DNA of 64,000 nucleotides, from the NCBI GenBank assembly GCA_934122395.1, contig CAKOWQ010000003.1, positions 186,299 through 250,298 of the forward strand, read 5' to 3'. The notes below the pieces were generated by a model, which was not told the DNA's origin, did not search any database, and was given only the letters and a program-made list of their open reading frames with translations. Below, piece by piece: positions 55,377 through 64,000 of this stretch. The position numbers and the translations under genes were made by a program. This DNA comes from an uncultured Bacilli bacterium. GTDB taxonomy: Bacteria > Bacillota_I > Bacilli_A > RF39 > UBA660. The first letter of the stretch is position 1, and each line of letters starts with the position of its first letter.

Positions 55377-56009
55377 ATGGCAAGAAAGTTTTTATTTTCT
55401 AATCCTAATATGAGCTATGGTGATTATTTAGAAACTGTTAAAGAAAATTCTAAAGATGGCAGTATTATTTTTGCTTCAAAAGAGTGTGCTGAATTAGGAC
55501 TTTTATCTCTTGCTAAATTGGATGATGAAGAAAAGATTAAGAGAATTATGGATTTTTCTTTATTTGTAGATAGAGAATATAATAGTCCTCCTGGGAATAA
55601 TGCTAGTCACAAATTGGCTTATATTTTTAGTGGTGTTAATATGATTTGTAATTATTCTAGTTATGTTGAGGGACTAAATAATAATGAATTGAGTTTACTT
55701 ACATTTTTCTCTTATGTTGTAGATGATTGCTATATGAAGGATCACTTAATGCTTTTTGCGTCACCCGATCTATTAGATTCTGTGTTAGAAAAAACACCAA
55801 AAAGAAGTGAGCAAGCATCTATTTTAGGCATAATAGAAGATAAATATTTTGAATTTGATATTGACACACATAACGAATCTGAGTTTAATAGGTTTAAGCA
55901 AACAAGTATAGATTTTGTTAGAAATAATTCTACCGAAGAACTTTTAAGTCACGTTCAAACTTATAATGATAGAATAGATAAATTAGCAAGCGAAGGAATA
56001 TATTTCTAG
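55377..56009 (+). CDS. Hypothetical protein inserted between ruvB and queA
   Basis: ATG 55377 after GGAGTG, 1 nt after the ruvB stop; no recognisable motif. Confidence 0.5.
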   Translation: MARKFLFSNPNMSYGDYLETVKENSKDGSIIFASKECAELGLLSLAKLDDEEKIKRIMDFSLFVDREYNSPPGNNASHKLAYIFSGVNMICNYSSYVEGLNNNELSLLTFFSYVVDDCYMKDHLMLFASPDLLDSVLEKTPKRSEQASILGIIEDKYFEFDIDTHNESEFNRFKQTSIDFVRNNSTEELLSHVQTYNDRIDKLASEGIYF

Positions 56010-56021
56010 TTAGGAGTTATT

Positions 56022-57059
56022 ATGAAATTAGAAGATTTTGATTATGATTTACCAGAAGAGTTGATTGCACAAACCCCATTAAAGGAAAGAGATTCTTCTA
56101 AATTATTAGTTTTAGATAAAGATACAGGTGAAGTGAGTCATTATCATTTTAAAGATATAATTAATTATTTGGATCGTGGTGATGCATTAGTTATTAATGA
56201 TACAAAAGTAATACCTGCAAGAATTATTGGTGAAAAAGAAGATACTAAGGCAGTTATTGAATTACTTTTATTAAAAAATATAGAAGGCGATACTTGGGAA
56301 TGTTTAGCACGACCTGCTAAAAGAGTAAAAGAAGGAACTATTATTAGTTTTGGTAATGGAAAGTTAAGAGCTAAATGTACTTTTATTGGTGAGGATGGAA
56401 TAAGACATGTTAACCTTATTTATGATGGTATTTTATATGAATTATTAGATGAATTAGGAACTATGCCACTACCGCCTTACATTCACGAACAACTAGAAGA
56501 TCAAAGTAGATATCAGACAGTGTATGCAAGATTAGAAGGAAGTGCAGCAGCTCCTACCGCAGGGCTTCATTTTACTAAAGAATTATTAGATGAAATTAAA
56601 GCTAAGGGCGTAAATATTGTTCCAGTAACACTACATGTTGGATTAGGTACTTTTAGACCTGTTAATGTTACTGATGTAGAAAAACATAAAATGCACAGTG
56701 AATTTTATTCTTTAAGTCAAAGTACAGTTGATATATTGAATAAAACTAAAGAAAATAACAAGAAAATAGTAGTAGTTGGTACTACTTCAGTAAGAGTATT
56801 AGAAACTGTTATGACAAAGTATGGCGAATTAAGAGAATGTAGTGGTTGGACAGATATTTTTATCTATCCAGGATATAAATTCAAAATAGTAGATAACTTA
56901 ATTACAAACTTCCATTTACCAAAGTCTACTTTGATTATGCTAATTAGCGCTTTAGCTGGACGTGATCATGTTTTAAGAGCATACAATGAAGCAGTAAAAA
57001 ACAAATATCGTTTTTTCTCTTTTGGAGATAGTATGTTTATTAAAAGTAGTAACAAATAA
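56022..57059 (+). CDS. queA: S-adenosylmethionine:tRNA ribosyltransferase-isomerase
   Basis: [37 protein letters not shown]. Confidence 0.95.
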   Translation: MKLEDFDYDLPEELIAQTPLKERDSSKLLVLDKDTGEVSHYHFKDIINYLDRGDALVINDTKVIPARIIGEKEDTKAVIELLLLKNIEGDTWECLARPAKRVKEGTIISFGNGKLRAKCTFIGEDGIRHVNLIYDGILYELLDELGTMPLPPYIHEQLEDQSRYQTVYARLEGSAAAPTAGLHFTKELLDEIKAKGVNIVPVTLHVGLGTFRPVNVTDVEKHKMHSEFYSLSQSTVDILNKTKENNKKIVVVGTTSVRVLETVMTKYGELRECSGWTDIFIYPGYKFKIVDNLITNFHLPKSTLIMLISALAGRDHVLRAYNEAVKNKYRFFSFGDSMFIKSSNK

Positions 57060-57104
57060 TATTAATATATTTTAATTTTCTTCATATTATTTACTGGTGA
57101 TATT

Positions 57105-58304
57105 ATGAAGAAATTAATAGTAGTAATGATTATATTTGTAGTTATTACTTTTTTTATTATTGAAAATAAAAAAGAATCATCAAAAGATGAAGCAACGCTT
57201 TCATATAATTTAAAAGATGAAAAAAGGGCAATCTTTATCTCTTACATAGAACTTCAAGAATATTTAAAAGAAAAAGATATCGAAGAAGGAAAAAACGCTA
57301 TCAAAGAGATGGTAAATAATCTTTATAACGATAACTTTAACATGATAATTTTGCATGTTAGACCTTTTTCGGATGCAGTATATAAATCAAGTATTTTTCC
57401 TTATAGTAAAGTAATTTCTAAAGCTGAAGGAAAAGATCCAGGGTACGACGTATTAGAAGTCTTTATAAATGAGGCACACAAAAAGAATATGCAACTACAT
57501 GCTTGGGTAAACCCTTATAGAATAAGAAATACCACAGATACTAGTGATATTTCAAAAGATAATCCTGCTTATAAATATTTAGATACTAATAATGTTAAGG
57601 TAATTGAAAATAAAGGAATTTTTTATAATCCAGCAAGTGATGTTGTGACTGAACTTATAATAGATGGAATAAAAGAGATAGTAAGTAATTATAATGTTGA
57701 TGGAATTCATTTTGATGATTATTTTTATCCGGATGATACAATCGATTTAGAAAATTATCAAGAATATATTGATAATGGTGGAATGTTATCCTTAAGTGAT
57801 TATAGGCTTAATAATACTTCTAATATGATAAAGAAAGTATATGAAACAATTAAAAAAGTTAATAAGAATATTACATTTGGAATATCTCCTGAAGGAAATA
57901 TTAATAATAATTATGATAGTAATTATATAGATACTAAAAAAATATTAAGCGAAGAAGGTTATATTGATTATATAATGCCACAAATATATTTTGGATTTTC
58001 TAATGAATTAATGCCATTTATGGATGTTATTAATATGTGGAACTCTTTGATTAAAGTAAAAAGTGTTAAATTAATGCCTGCTTTAGCTTTTTATAAAGCT
58101 GGTATTAGTGATACTTTTGCTAAAAGTGGTGAAGATGAATGGATTTGTAATAATGATATTATAAAAAAGCAAGTATTAACTAGTAGAAATGTGAGTAATT
58201 ATTCTGGTTATTCTTTATTTAGATATAGTTACTTATATAATGATAATTATAAAACTGATGCAGTTTCTAATGAATATAATAACTATCTTTCAATTGTAAA
58301 ATAA
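57105..58304 (+). CDS. Membrane-anchored glycoside-hydrolase-like protein (GHL10/YngK-type, DUF187)
   Basis: N-terminal TM; ..MQLHAWVNPYRI.., DGIHFDDYFYP pattern of the family. Confidence 0.6.
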   Translation: MKKLIVVMIIFVVITFFIIENKKESSKDEATLSYNLKDEKRAIFISYIELQEYLKEKDIEEGKNAIKEMVNNLYNDNFNMIILHVRPFSDAVYKSSIFPYSKVISKAEGKDPGYDVLEVFINEAHKKNMQLHAWVNPYRIRNTTDTSDISKDNPAYKYLDTNNVKVIENKGIFYNPASDVVTELIIDGIKEIVSNYNVDGIHFDDYFYPDDTIDLENYQEYIDNGGMLSLSDYRLNNTSNMIKKVYETIKKVNKNITFGISPEGNINNNYDSNYIDTKKILSEEGYIDYIMPQIYFGFSNELMPFMDVINMWNSLIKVKSVKLMPALAFYKAGISDTFAKSGEDEWICNNDIIKKQVLTSRNVSNYSGYSLFRYSYLYNDNYKTDAVSNEYNNYLSIVK

Positions 58305-58305
58305 A

Positions 58306-58337
58306 AAAGCTTTGCAAAAATATTTGCAAGGCTTTTT
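58306..58337. terminator. Bidirectional hairpin between convergent genes
   Basis: AAAGCTTTGCAAA-AATA-TTTGCAAGGCTTT (one G-U), T-run. Confidence 0.7.
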
Positions 58338-58596
58338 AGTAGTAATAATAGTTTTCAGTATATGATGGATAATTATTAGGGGCATAATAAGGCATTGGCA
58401 GAGGGTAAGGATATGGTGCAGGATAATTAGGTCCAAATCCACCTGGCCTTGATAAAATTCCTCCAGTAATTCCACCTAAAATAAAAGGCACAGCAAATCC
58501 ACCACCAAAGAATCTATCACCGTTATTTCTAATATTTCTAAAGCCACCTCTAGGCATATTCATACGATATTGGGGCATAATATTATTTGAATACAT
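58336..58596 (-). CDS. Small Gly/Pro/Tyr/Asn-rich low-complexity protein (86 aa)
   Basis: GGGFAVPFILGGITGGIL core flanked by PNYPAPYPYPLPMPYYAPNNYPSYTENYYYY; GGAGG lies 12 nt upstream of the ATG. Confidence 0.5.
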   Translation of the reverse strand: MYSNNIMPQYRMNMPRGGFRNIRNNGDRFFGGGFAVPFILGGITGGILSRPGGFGPNYPAPYPYPLPMPYYAPNNYPSYTENYYYY

Positions 58597-58654
58597 AAAA
58601 CACTTATTCCTCCTTCAGAGTATTTTATGTGTAAAATAAGATAAGGGTGATAAT

Positions 58655-59779
58655 ATGGAAGAAAAACAAGAAAAATTAGCAGATACAATAGTTAATTATT
58701 CATTACATGTAAATGAAAACGATAAAGTACTAATAACGTATCAAAGTATTGAATCAAAAAGCTTTGTTGAAAAATTAATTAAAAAAATATTTTTAAGAGG
58801 AGGTATACCTTTTACTAATTATGTAGATCCTTTTATTAGTAATTTATTAAAAGAAAACTCTACATCAAATAGAATTGATTTAATAAAAGAATATCAAAAA
58901 TTTGAACTTGATCATTTTGATTCATTTATAAATATAAAATATAATTTAAATGATTATGAATCTGGTAGTATCCCTAAAAAGATAAGAGATGAGATTAGTT
59001 TTAAAACTTATGAAATACATAATAAATTAGTTAATGAAAGAAAATGGGTATTATTAAATTATCCAAGTTATGTAGATAGTTATAAGGCTAAAATGAAATA
59101 TGAAGACTTTTTAAATTATAGTTTTGATGTTATGAATGTTGACTATAGTAAAATGAGCAAGGATATTGAACCATTAAAAAAACTAATGGATAAGACTAAG
59201 AAGGTTAGAATAATAGGTAAGGGAACTGATATTACTTTTTCTATTAAAGGAATGAAAAGTATTCCTTGTACCGGTGAATCTAATATTCCAGATGGTGAAA
59301 TATTTACTTGCCCTGTAAGAGATAGTGTTAATGGAGTAATAAAGTATAATACTACTAGTACTTATAATGGGGAAGTATTTAGTAACATTAGACTTGAATT
59401 TATAAATGGTAAAATAATAGATGCAACGTGTGATGATGAGTCTAAGAATGAAAAATTAAATAAAATATTTGATACTGATGAAGGTAGTAGATATGTTGGT
59501 GAGTTTTCTTTAGGATTAAATCCTAAGATTTTAATACCTATGGGTGATATTTTATTTGATGAAAAAATCTTCGGAAGTATTCATTTTACTCCTGGTGCGG
59601 CATATAAAGAATGCTATAACGGAAATGATTCTAATATTCATTGGGATTTAGTTTTGATTCAAAGAACGGAATACGGTGGGGGAGAAATATATTTTGACGA
59701 TGTATTAATAAGAAAAGATGGATTGTTTGTTCTACCAGAACTACGTCATTTAAATTATTATTTAGATACTGTAAAGTAA
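58655..59779 (+). CDS. Aminopeptidase, peptidase M29 (AmpS/PepS-like)
   Basis: NIPDGEIFTCP, GEFSLGLNP, HFTPG, IHWDLV motifs. Confidence 0.75.
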   Translation: MEEKQEKLADTIVNYSLHVNENDKVLITYQSIESKSFVEKLIKKIFLRGGIPFTNYVDPFISNLLKENSTSNRIDLIKEYQKFELDHFDSFINIKYNLNDYESGSIPKKIRDEISFKTYEIHNKLVNERKWVLLNYPSYVDSYKAKMKYEDFLNYSFDVMNVDYSKMSKDIEPLKKLMDKTKKVRIIGKGTDITFSIKGMKSIPCTGESNIPDGEIFTCPVRDSVNGVIKYNTTSTYNGEVFSNIRLEFINGKIIDATCDDESKNEKLNKIFDTDEGSRYVGEFSLGLNPKILIPMGDILFDEKIFGSIHFTPGAAYKECYNGNDSNIHWDLVLIQRTEYGGGEIYFDDVLIRKDGLFVLPELRHLNYYLDTVK

Positions 59780-59799
59780 GTTTTTAACTTACTTTTTTT
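59774..59799 (+). terminator. Intrinsic terminator
   Basis: AAGTAAGTT-TTT-AACTTACTT followed by a T-run. Confidence 0.8.
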
Positions 59800-59856
59800 C
59801 TTGATGAAATAGAAATTTAATAGTATACTATACTTGTATAATAATGGAGGCCTGTT

Positions 59857-61638
59857 ATGTATAGTAGCAAGAAAAAAGTTGTAATAATAGTAATGTGCGT
59901 TATGATGATATTTATGGCTATTGGATATGCTGTACTATCAACAAATTTAAATATAAAAGGTACAAGTAATCTTACAGGTACTTGGGGTATTAGAATTGAT
60001 TCAATTACTAGTACTGCTACAGGTAGAGCTTATAATATTACCGATCCTACATATACTGATACTAATATGACATTTAATGTAGGAGTAAAGGAACCGGGAG
60101 ATAAGATGACTTTTGAGGTTGTACTTAAGAACTATGGTTCTATCGGAGCAATATTAGATGATATTGAAGCTAGTAGTAGTGGTAGTCCTTCAATTAATTA
60201 TAGTATTAGTGGCATTAAAAAAGGTGATAAATTAAGTGGGTATGCTAGTACTACTCTTACTATAGTGACAGAGTTTGATATTAATGCAACAGAACTACCT
60301 ACAGCAACTAATAAAACATTAAATATTAAATTATCATTTATTCAAGATGATGGTCAAACTATAACAGGAGATGATCCAACAATTGATGAGAAAGTTGTTA
60401 AAGTTTATGGAAAACCTGATACTATAGGAACTGAAATGCAAATAGGCAATGAAAAATTCTATGTAATATCAAGTAATTCTACTAAAGTTGTAGCTTTAGC
60501 TAAATATGGTTTGGATATAGTTACAGCTGATCCTAATGCGACTTACAAAGGAACTGGAAGGCAGGATAAAAAAATATTAACTTATTCAGAAGATGGGGTA
60601 TTATATGGTACACTTGCATTTACGAGTGATGATTTTTCGGCTTGTTCTAGTTATTGCACAAGTTATCCGTGTGATGCTTTTAATAGTTGTTCTGCTACAT
60701 ACACACCAGTTATGAATTATAAGACTTATTTAGAAAGTTTAGGTGCTCAAATATCAAAAGCTAGATTAATAACTTATGATGAATTAATTAATTTAGGTTG
60801 TACTGGCGATGTTGATAATAGTGGTAATTGTTCAAACGCACCATTTTGGACTCATGATATTTCATATTGGACAGGTACTTCTGGTAGTGAATATAGAGTA
60901 TGGGCAGTAAGTGCTCCATATAACATGTTTGTTAATGATGATTATGATGATAATCCTAGTGCACCTGGTACAACTTATGGAATTCGTCCAGTAATAGAAG
61001 TATTGAAGTCAAATATTGACTATATAGACTTGAAACCTAAAGCAAATGGAAATATTACAAAAGTTGGTACTGATATTCAAATAGGTGATGAACATTTCTA
61101 TGTAATATCTAGTGACTCATCTAAAGTAGTGGCTTTAGCTAAATATAATCTGGATATAAATAATGCACTTCATGTGTATAAAGGCACTGGAATACAAGAC
61201 GAACACGTAAGAGGTGCCGATTCTGATTCTACTACTACTGATTATGGCACTATAGCTTTTTCAACTACTAATTATTGGACTAGTACTTGTTCAAGTTATC
61301 CTTGTTATGTGTATAATAATAATTCTAACTTATATACACATGTTGAAGCATATAAGTCATATTTAAAAAATTTAGGTGTTTCAGTCACTAATGCTAGATT
61401 AATAAAAGCGGAAGAATTAACTGCATTGGGTTGTACAATTACTGGTGGATATATGAATTGTCAAAACAGTTCATACAATTGGATATATGAAACAGCTTAT
61501 TGGGCAGGTACGGCAGCAGAAAGTACTTTGTTAATAAATTCTAATCGCATTGGAAATTCTATCGTAGGAAGCTATACACATACTAATTATCTCGGCGTTC
61601 GTCCAATAATAGAAATACCTAGATCTGAATTTTCATAG
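59857..61638 (+). CDS. Membrane-anchored surface protein: Ig-like N-module plus two tandem about 210-aa Cys-containing lectin-like (DUF1566-like pattern) domains
   Basis: N-terminal TM; internal duplication (IG[NTD]E.FYVISS..KVVALAKY.LDI ... YKGTG.QD ... ARLI..EL..LGCT ... YW.GT ... G[IV]RP[VI]IE[VI]). Confidence 0.65.
   Translation: MYSSKKKVVIIVMCVMMIFMAIGYAVLSTNLNIKGTSNLTGTWGIRIDSITSTATGRAYNITDPTYTDTNMTFNVGVKEPGDKMTFEVVLKNYGSIGAILDDIEASSSGSPSINYSISGIKKGDKLSGYASTTLTIVTEFDINATELPTATNKTLNIKLSFIQDDGQTITGDDPTIDEKVVKVYGKPDTIGTEMQIGNEKFYVISSNSTKVVALAKYGLDIVTADPNATYKGTGRQDKKILTYSEDGVLYGTLAFTSDDFSACSSYCTSYPCDAFNSCSATYTPVMNYKTYLESLGAQISKARLITYDELINLGCTGDVDNSGNCSNAPFWTHDISYWTGTSGSEYRVWAVSAPYNMFVNDDYDDNPSAPGTTYGIRPVIEVLKSNIDYIDLKPKANGNITKVGTDIQIGDEHFYVISSDSSKVVALAKYNLDINNALHVYKGTGIQDEHVRGADSDSTTTDYGTIAFSTTNYWTSTCSSYPCYVYNNNSNLYTHVEAYKSYLKNLGVSVTNARLIKAEELTALGCTITGGYMNCQNSSYNWIYETAYWAGTAAESTLLINSNRIGNSIVGSYTHTNYLGVRPIIEIPRSEFS
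60400..61638 (+). repeat. Intragenic tandem duplication (two copies, offset about 615-639 nt)
   Basis: GGAACTGAAATGCAAATAGGC at 60427 versus GGTACTGATATTCAAATAGGT at 61066; CGTCCAGTAATAGAAGTA at 60985 versus CGTCCAATAATAGAAATA at 61600. Confidence 0.85.
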
Positions 61639-61643
61639 AATAT

Positions 61644-61670
61644 AGGATATAGAAATATATCCTTTTTATT
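61644..61670 (+). terminator. Intrinsic terminator
   Basis: AGGATATA-GAAA-TATATCCT followed by a T-run. Confidence 0.8.
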
Positions 61671-61698
61671 TTGTATATCGAAATATTGTGTGGTATAA
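61671..61698 (+). promoter_or_regulatory. ftsW promoter (extended -10)
   Basis: TTGTAT, 16-nt spacer, TGgTATAAT. Confidence 0.5.
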
Positions 61699-61723
61699 TT
61701 AATTTACAATAGGAAGTGATACT

Positions 61724-62869
61724 ATGAAGATACTTAGATATATTGATAAGTGGTTATTATTAATTACTACTATTTTATTTGTAATAGGACTAGTTATGGT
61801 ATTTTCTGCATCTAACGTAGCTTCCTTTATGAGATATAAGGCGAGTCCTTATCATTTTATAATAAGACAATCTATCTTTTTGCTAGTGGGAATTATTATC
61901 TCGTTAATTGCTATTAGATTTTCTACTAAAGTATATGGGTTTGTTTCTTGGCCGGGACTTATTGCTATTACAATAGTTTTAGCTTTAGTTTTAGCTTATG
62001 GTAAAATAGCTGGTGGTGCTTCTTCTTGGATTCAATTAGGTCCTTTTAGATTCCAACCTAGTGAATTTGCTAAAGTCATTATGATAGCATGGATGGCAAG
62101 TTTTTATGATATAAATAAAAATAGTTTAAATAGATATTCAACAGCTTTGTTTCCATTACTTATATGTGGTATTATTGTGGTTTTATTAATGCTAGAACCG
62201 GACTTGGGTACTGCTATAATATTTGCGGGAATTGTAACTTTTATATTTATGATTGTACCGATAGATTTAAAAATAAAAGTGCGAACTGTTTTGATTGTAT
62301 TAGTAATTGGTCTTTTAGGCGTTGCTATTTTAATTGGTAATGGTAAGAATTTATTTTTCCATCACCAAATTCAAAGGTTAGATTTTTCAAACCCTTGTAG
62401 TGAATCTAAATTCTATAAAGAAGGTAACCAGGTTTGTAATGGGTATATTGCTATAAACAATGGAGGACTTTTTGGAAAAGGACTTGGTAATAGTACTCAA
62501 AAATATTTGTATTTACCTGATTCACACACAGACTTCATTTTCCCAATTGTTGTTGAAGAATTAGGATTGTTATTTGGAGCCTTTGTAATTTTATTATATA
62601 TATTCTTGTTAGCTCGTATTTTTATAATAGCTCATAATAGTACTAATAATAGAAATGCTATCATGTGTTATGGTGTTGCTTTTTATATTTTCTTACATGT
62701 TGTAGTTAACTTAATGGGTGTTCTTGGAATGATGCCAATGACAGGAGTACCGCTTCCATTCTTAAGTTATGGAGGAAGTTTTACTATATGTTTGATTGTA
62801 GCTCTTACTATGGTTCAAAGAGTAGCAATAGAAAATAATACAAAAAATCTTTCAAAAAATAAAGGATAA
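61724..62869 (+). CDS. ftsW: SEDS-family peptidoglycan polymerase (FtsW/RodA/SpoVE)
   Basis: 10-TM protein with FQPSEFAK, PDSHTDFIF, GVPLPFLSYGGS. Confidence 0.9.
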   Translation: MKILRYIDKWLLLITTILFVIGLVMVFSASNVASFMRYKASPYHFIIRQSIFLLVGIIISLIAIRFSTKVYGFVSWPGLIAITIVLALVLAYGKIAGGASSWIQLGPFRFQPSEFAKVIMIAWMASFYDINKNSLNRYSTALFPLLICGIIVVLLMLEPDLGTAIIFAGIVTFIFMIVPIDLKIKVRTVLIVLVIGLLGVAILIGNGKNLFFHHQIQRLDFSNPCSESKFYKEGNQVCNGYIAINNGGLFGKGLGNSTQKYLYLPDSHTDFIFPIVVEELGLLFGAFVILLYIFLLARIFIIAHNSTNNRNAIMCYGVAFYIFLHVVVNLMGVLGMMPMTGVPLPFLSYGGSFTICLIVALTMVQRVAIENNTKNLSKNKG

Positions 62870-62911
62870 TTTAAAGAAAAAGATAATAATCTCCTTAGGG
62901 AGGTTTTTTTT

Positions 62912-63622
62912 ATGATTTTAGATAAAGTAAAAGATTTTGTTTATGAGCACAAAATTAATATAGCTTTGTGGGGAGTATTGCTTTTAATAATAATATTATC
63001 CAATGCTGGTATTTATTATTGCTTAGCGGAAGAAATTAAAAATATTGATGTTTCTAGTAAAGTTGAAGTTGATACCGAAAAGACGGTGAAAGATTCTAAT
63101 AATGAAATAAAATATTATAAGTTTGATATTAAAGGAGCAGTTGCTAATCCAGGTGTTTATAAGATAGAAGAATCAGCTAGAATAATTGATGCTATTAATA
63201 TGGCAGGAGGACTATTAGAAAATGCTGATACAAGTGTAAATAATTTAAGCAAATTCATCAAGGATGAAATGGTTATTATTATATATACCAAAGATGAAGT
63301 ATTAAATTTTAGTGAGGTTATAGAAAAAGAAATTAAAGAAAATGATACTTGCAAGAAAAATAACGATGTAATACTTAATGATAGCTGTATTAATAATGAC
63401 CAAGAAAAAGAAAGTAATAATGATATAGATAAGAAAATATCTATAAATACAGCAGATTTGGATTTAATGATAACTTTACCAGGAATAGGTGAAGAAAAAG
63501 CTAAAACTATTATTGCGTATCGTAATGAGCATGGTTTATTTGAAAAAATAGAAGATATTATGAATGTTTCTGGTATTGGAGAGAAACTATTTGAAAAACT
63601 TAAAGATTATATTACAGTATAA
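62912..63622 (+). CDS. comEA: Competence protein ComEA (SLBB plus tandem helix-hairpin-helix DNA-binding)
   Basis: IKGAVANPGVYKIEESARIIDAINMAGG; ININTADLDLMITLPGIGEEKAKTIIAYRNEHGLFEKIEDIMNVSGIGEKLFEKLK. Confidence 0.9.
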   Translation: MILDKVKDFVYEHKINIALWGVLLLIIILSNAGIYYCLAEEIKNIDVSSKVEVDTEKTVKDSNNEIKYYKFDIKGAVANPGVYKIEESARIIDAINMAGGLLENADTSVNNLSKFIKDEMVIIIYTKDEVLNFSEVIEKEIKENDTCKKNNDVILNDSCINNDQEKESNNDIDKKISINTADLDLMITLPGIGEEKAKTIIAYRNEHGLFEKIEDIMNVSGIGEKLFEKLKDYITV

Positions 63623-64000
63623 TTGGATTTTTTATATTATTTTTATTAGTGCTATTATTTACTGTGTTATTTATAACTTAGTACCACATTCAAGTAAGTA
63701 TAATGTTAATGATAATAGTTTTAAAATTGTTATTATTGATATTAATATTTCTGGTAATTATCTAAAAATAATAGGTAGAGGTAAGGAAAAGATACAAGGA
63801 ACTTACTTTTTTGAAAATTATACTGAGAAAATTAACTTTATTAATGAATATAAAATAGGGGATATAGTAGAACTTTATGGCAACTTAGAAATACCTAGTA
63901 ATAATACTAACTTTAATTTATTTAATTATAAAAAATATTTGTATTATGAAGGGATTAATTTTAATTTGAAGATAGATTCTTATAAGAAAAATGTTAGTTG
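63591..64000 (+). CDS. comEC: ComEC/Rec2 DNA internalisation channel, 5' part (runs off the window)
   Basis: Hand translation gives ..NWIFYIIFISAIIYCVIY..FKIVIIDINISGNYLKIIGRGKEKIQGTYFF..GDIVELYGNLEIPSNNTNFNLFNYKKYLYYEGINF, the typical ComEC N-terminal domain; TTG 63591 lies 7 nt after GGAGAG (alternative ATG 63564); absent from the ORF track because it has no stop. Confidence 0.7.
   Translation, partial: MKNLKIILQYNWIFYIIFISAIIYCVIYNLVPHSSKYNVNDNSFKIVIIDINISGNYLKIIGRGKEKIQGTYFFENYTEKINFINEYKIGDIVELYGNLEIPSNNTNFNLFNYKKYLYYEGINFNLKIDSYKKNVS

Noticed and set aside
6410-55377. Long N-terminal extensions in the ORF-track models (starts at 6410, 8835, 16305, 22254, 23434, 24024, 25725, 40515, 44502, 48692, 53772, 55359)
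   Set aside because: In each case an internal ATG is preceded at 6-10 nt by a GGAGG-type SD and matches the conserved N-terminus of the family. The upstream extension overlaps the preceding gene, a promoter or a terminator.
62886-62911. Short CTCC-TTAG-GGAG hairpin plus T8 after ftsW as a terminator
   Set aside because: The stem is only 4-5 bp, and the GGAGG plus T-run doubles as the comEA ribosome-binding site and spacer. That is insufficient to call a terminator.
2010-63354. Antisense or out-of-frame ORFs in the supplied track: 2010-2264, 2337-2540, 2758-2985, 8509-8709, 10796-11011, 11570-11890, 12577-12969, 14846-15034, 16825-17028, 17392-17601, 23755-23979, 24141-24359, 26708-26917, 29973-30230, 32152-32385, 38073-38408, 39817-40005, 41030-41239, 41780-41971, 50944-51147, 55144-55383, 58290-58475, 63157-63354
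   Set aside because: Each lies entirely within, or mostly opposite to, a longer ORF with clear family motifs. They have no SD, their composition is Ile/Leu/Phe/Ser-rich as expected for shadow frames in AT-rich DNA, and they show no domain signatures.
1-64000. CRISPR arrays, tRNA or rRNA genes, IS elements, and TGA-as-Trp recoding
   Set aside because: No spaced direct repeats, cloverleaf-like GC-rich segments, rRNA-like sequence or transposase motifs were seen. Several well-supported genes (for example ftsL, dnaG) end in TGA, so TGA is a stop.

Overview
Very AT-rich chromosomal segment from a low-GC Gram-positive bacterium (Bacillota). Gene order resembles Bacillus or Erysipelotrichia housekeeping neighbourhoods, and TGA is used as a stop, so the standard bacterial code applies. 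Most of the window is core machinery: rel (3' part), T-box-controlled thrS, mraZ-rsmH-ftsL-PBP, U32 peptidase pair, greA, tig, topA, polA-mutM, murD, dnaG-sigA-trmK, ruvAB-queA, ftsW, comEA-comEC. A TetR plus heterodimeric ABC exporter operon is also present. I saw no rRNA, tRNA, CRISPR array, IS element, integrase or prophage block. Several accessory islands sit between the core genes. (1) The strongest candidate for an undescribed system is a tightly translationally coupled six-gene operon directly after a C-terminally truncated rel (691-5983). It encodes DUF402, a radical SAM protein, a shortened LysRS-like class II aaRS paralog, a second radical SAM protein, a HAD-like/methyltransferase fusion and a dCMP-deaminase-like enzyme. 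(2) A CPBP-family intramembrane protease lacks both conserved histidines. It is followed at a TAAATG junction by a 39-aa ORF that is essentially a stand-alone C-terminal sorting signal, and it lies convergent to a surface protein. That surface protein shares an NPxTxDN + TM + basic-tail C-terminus with a second surface protein in the window. (3) An orphan membrane pair between topA and polA looks like T4SS VirB2/TrbC-like plus VirB6/TrbL-like components, the latter with four 84-nt tandem repeats. (4) A PP-loop-like protein is translationally coupled to an out-of-cluster murD, a possible MurL/MurD2-type pair. All functional calls rest on motif reading by eye; no database search was run.
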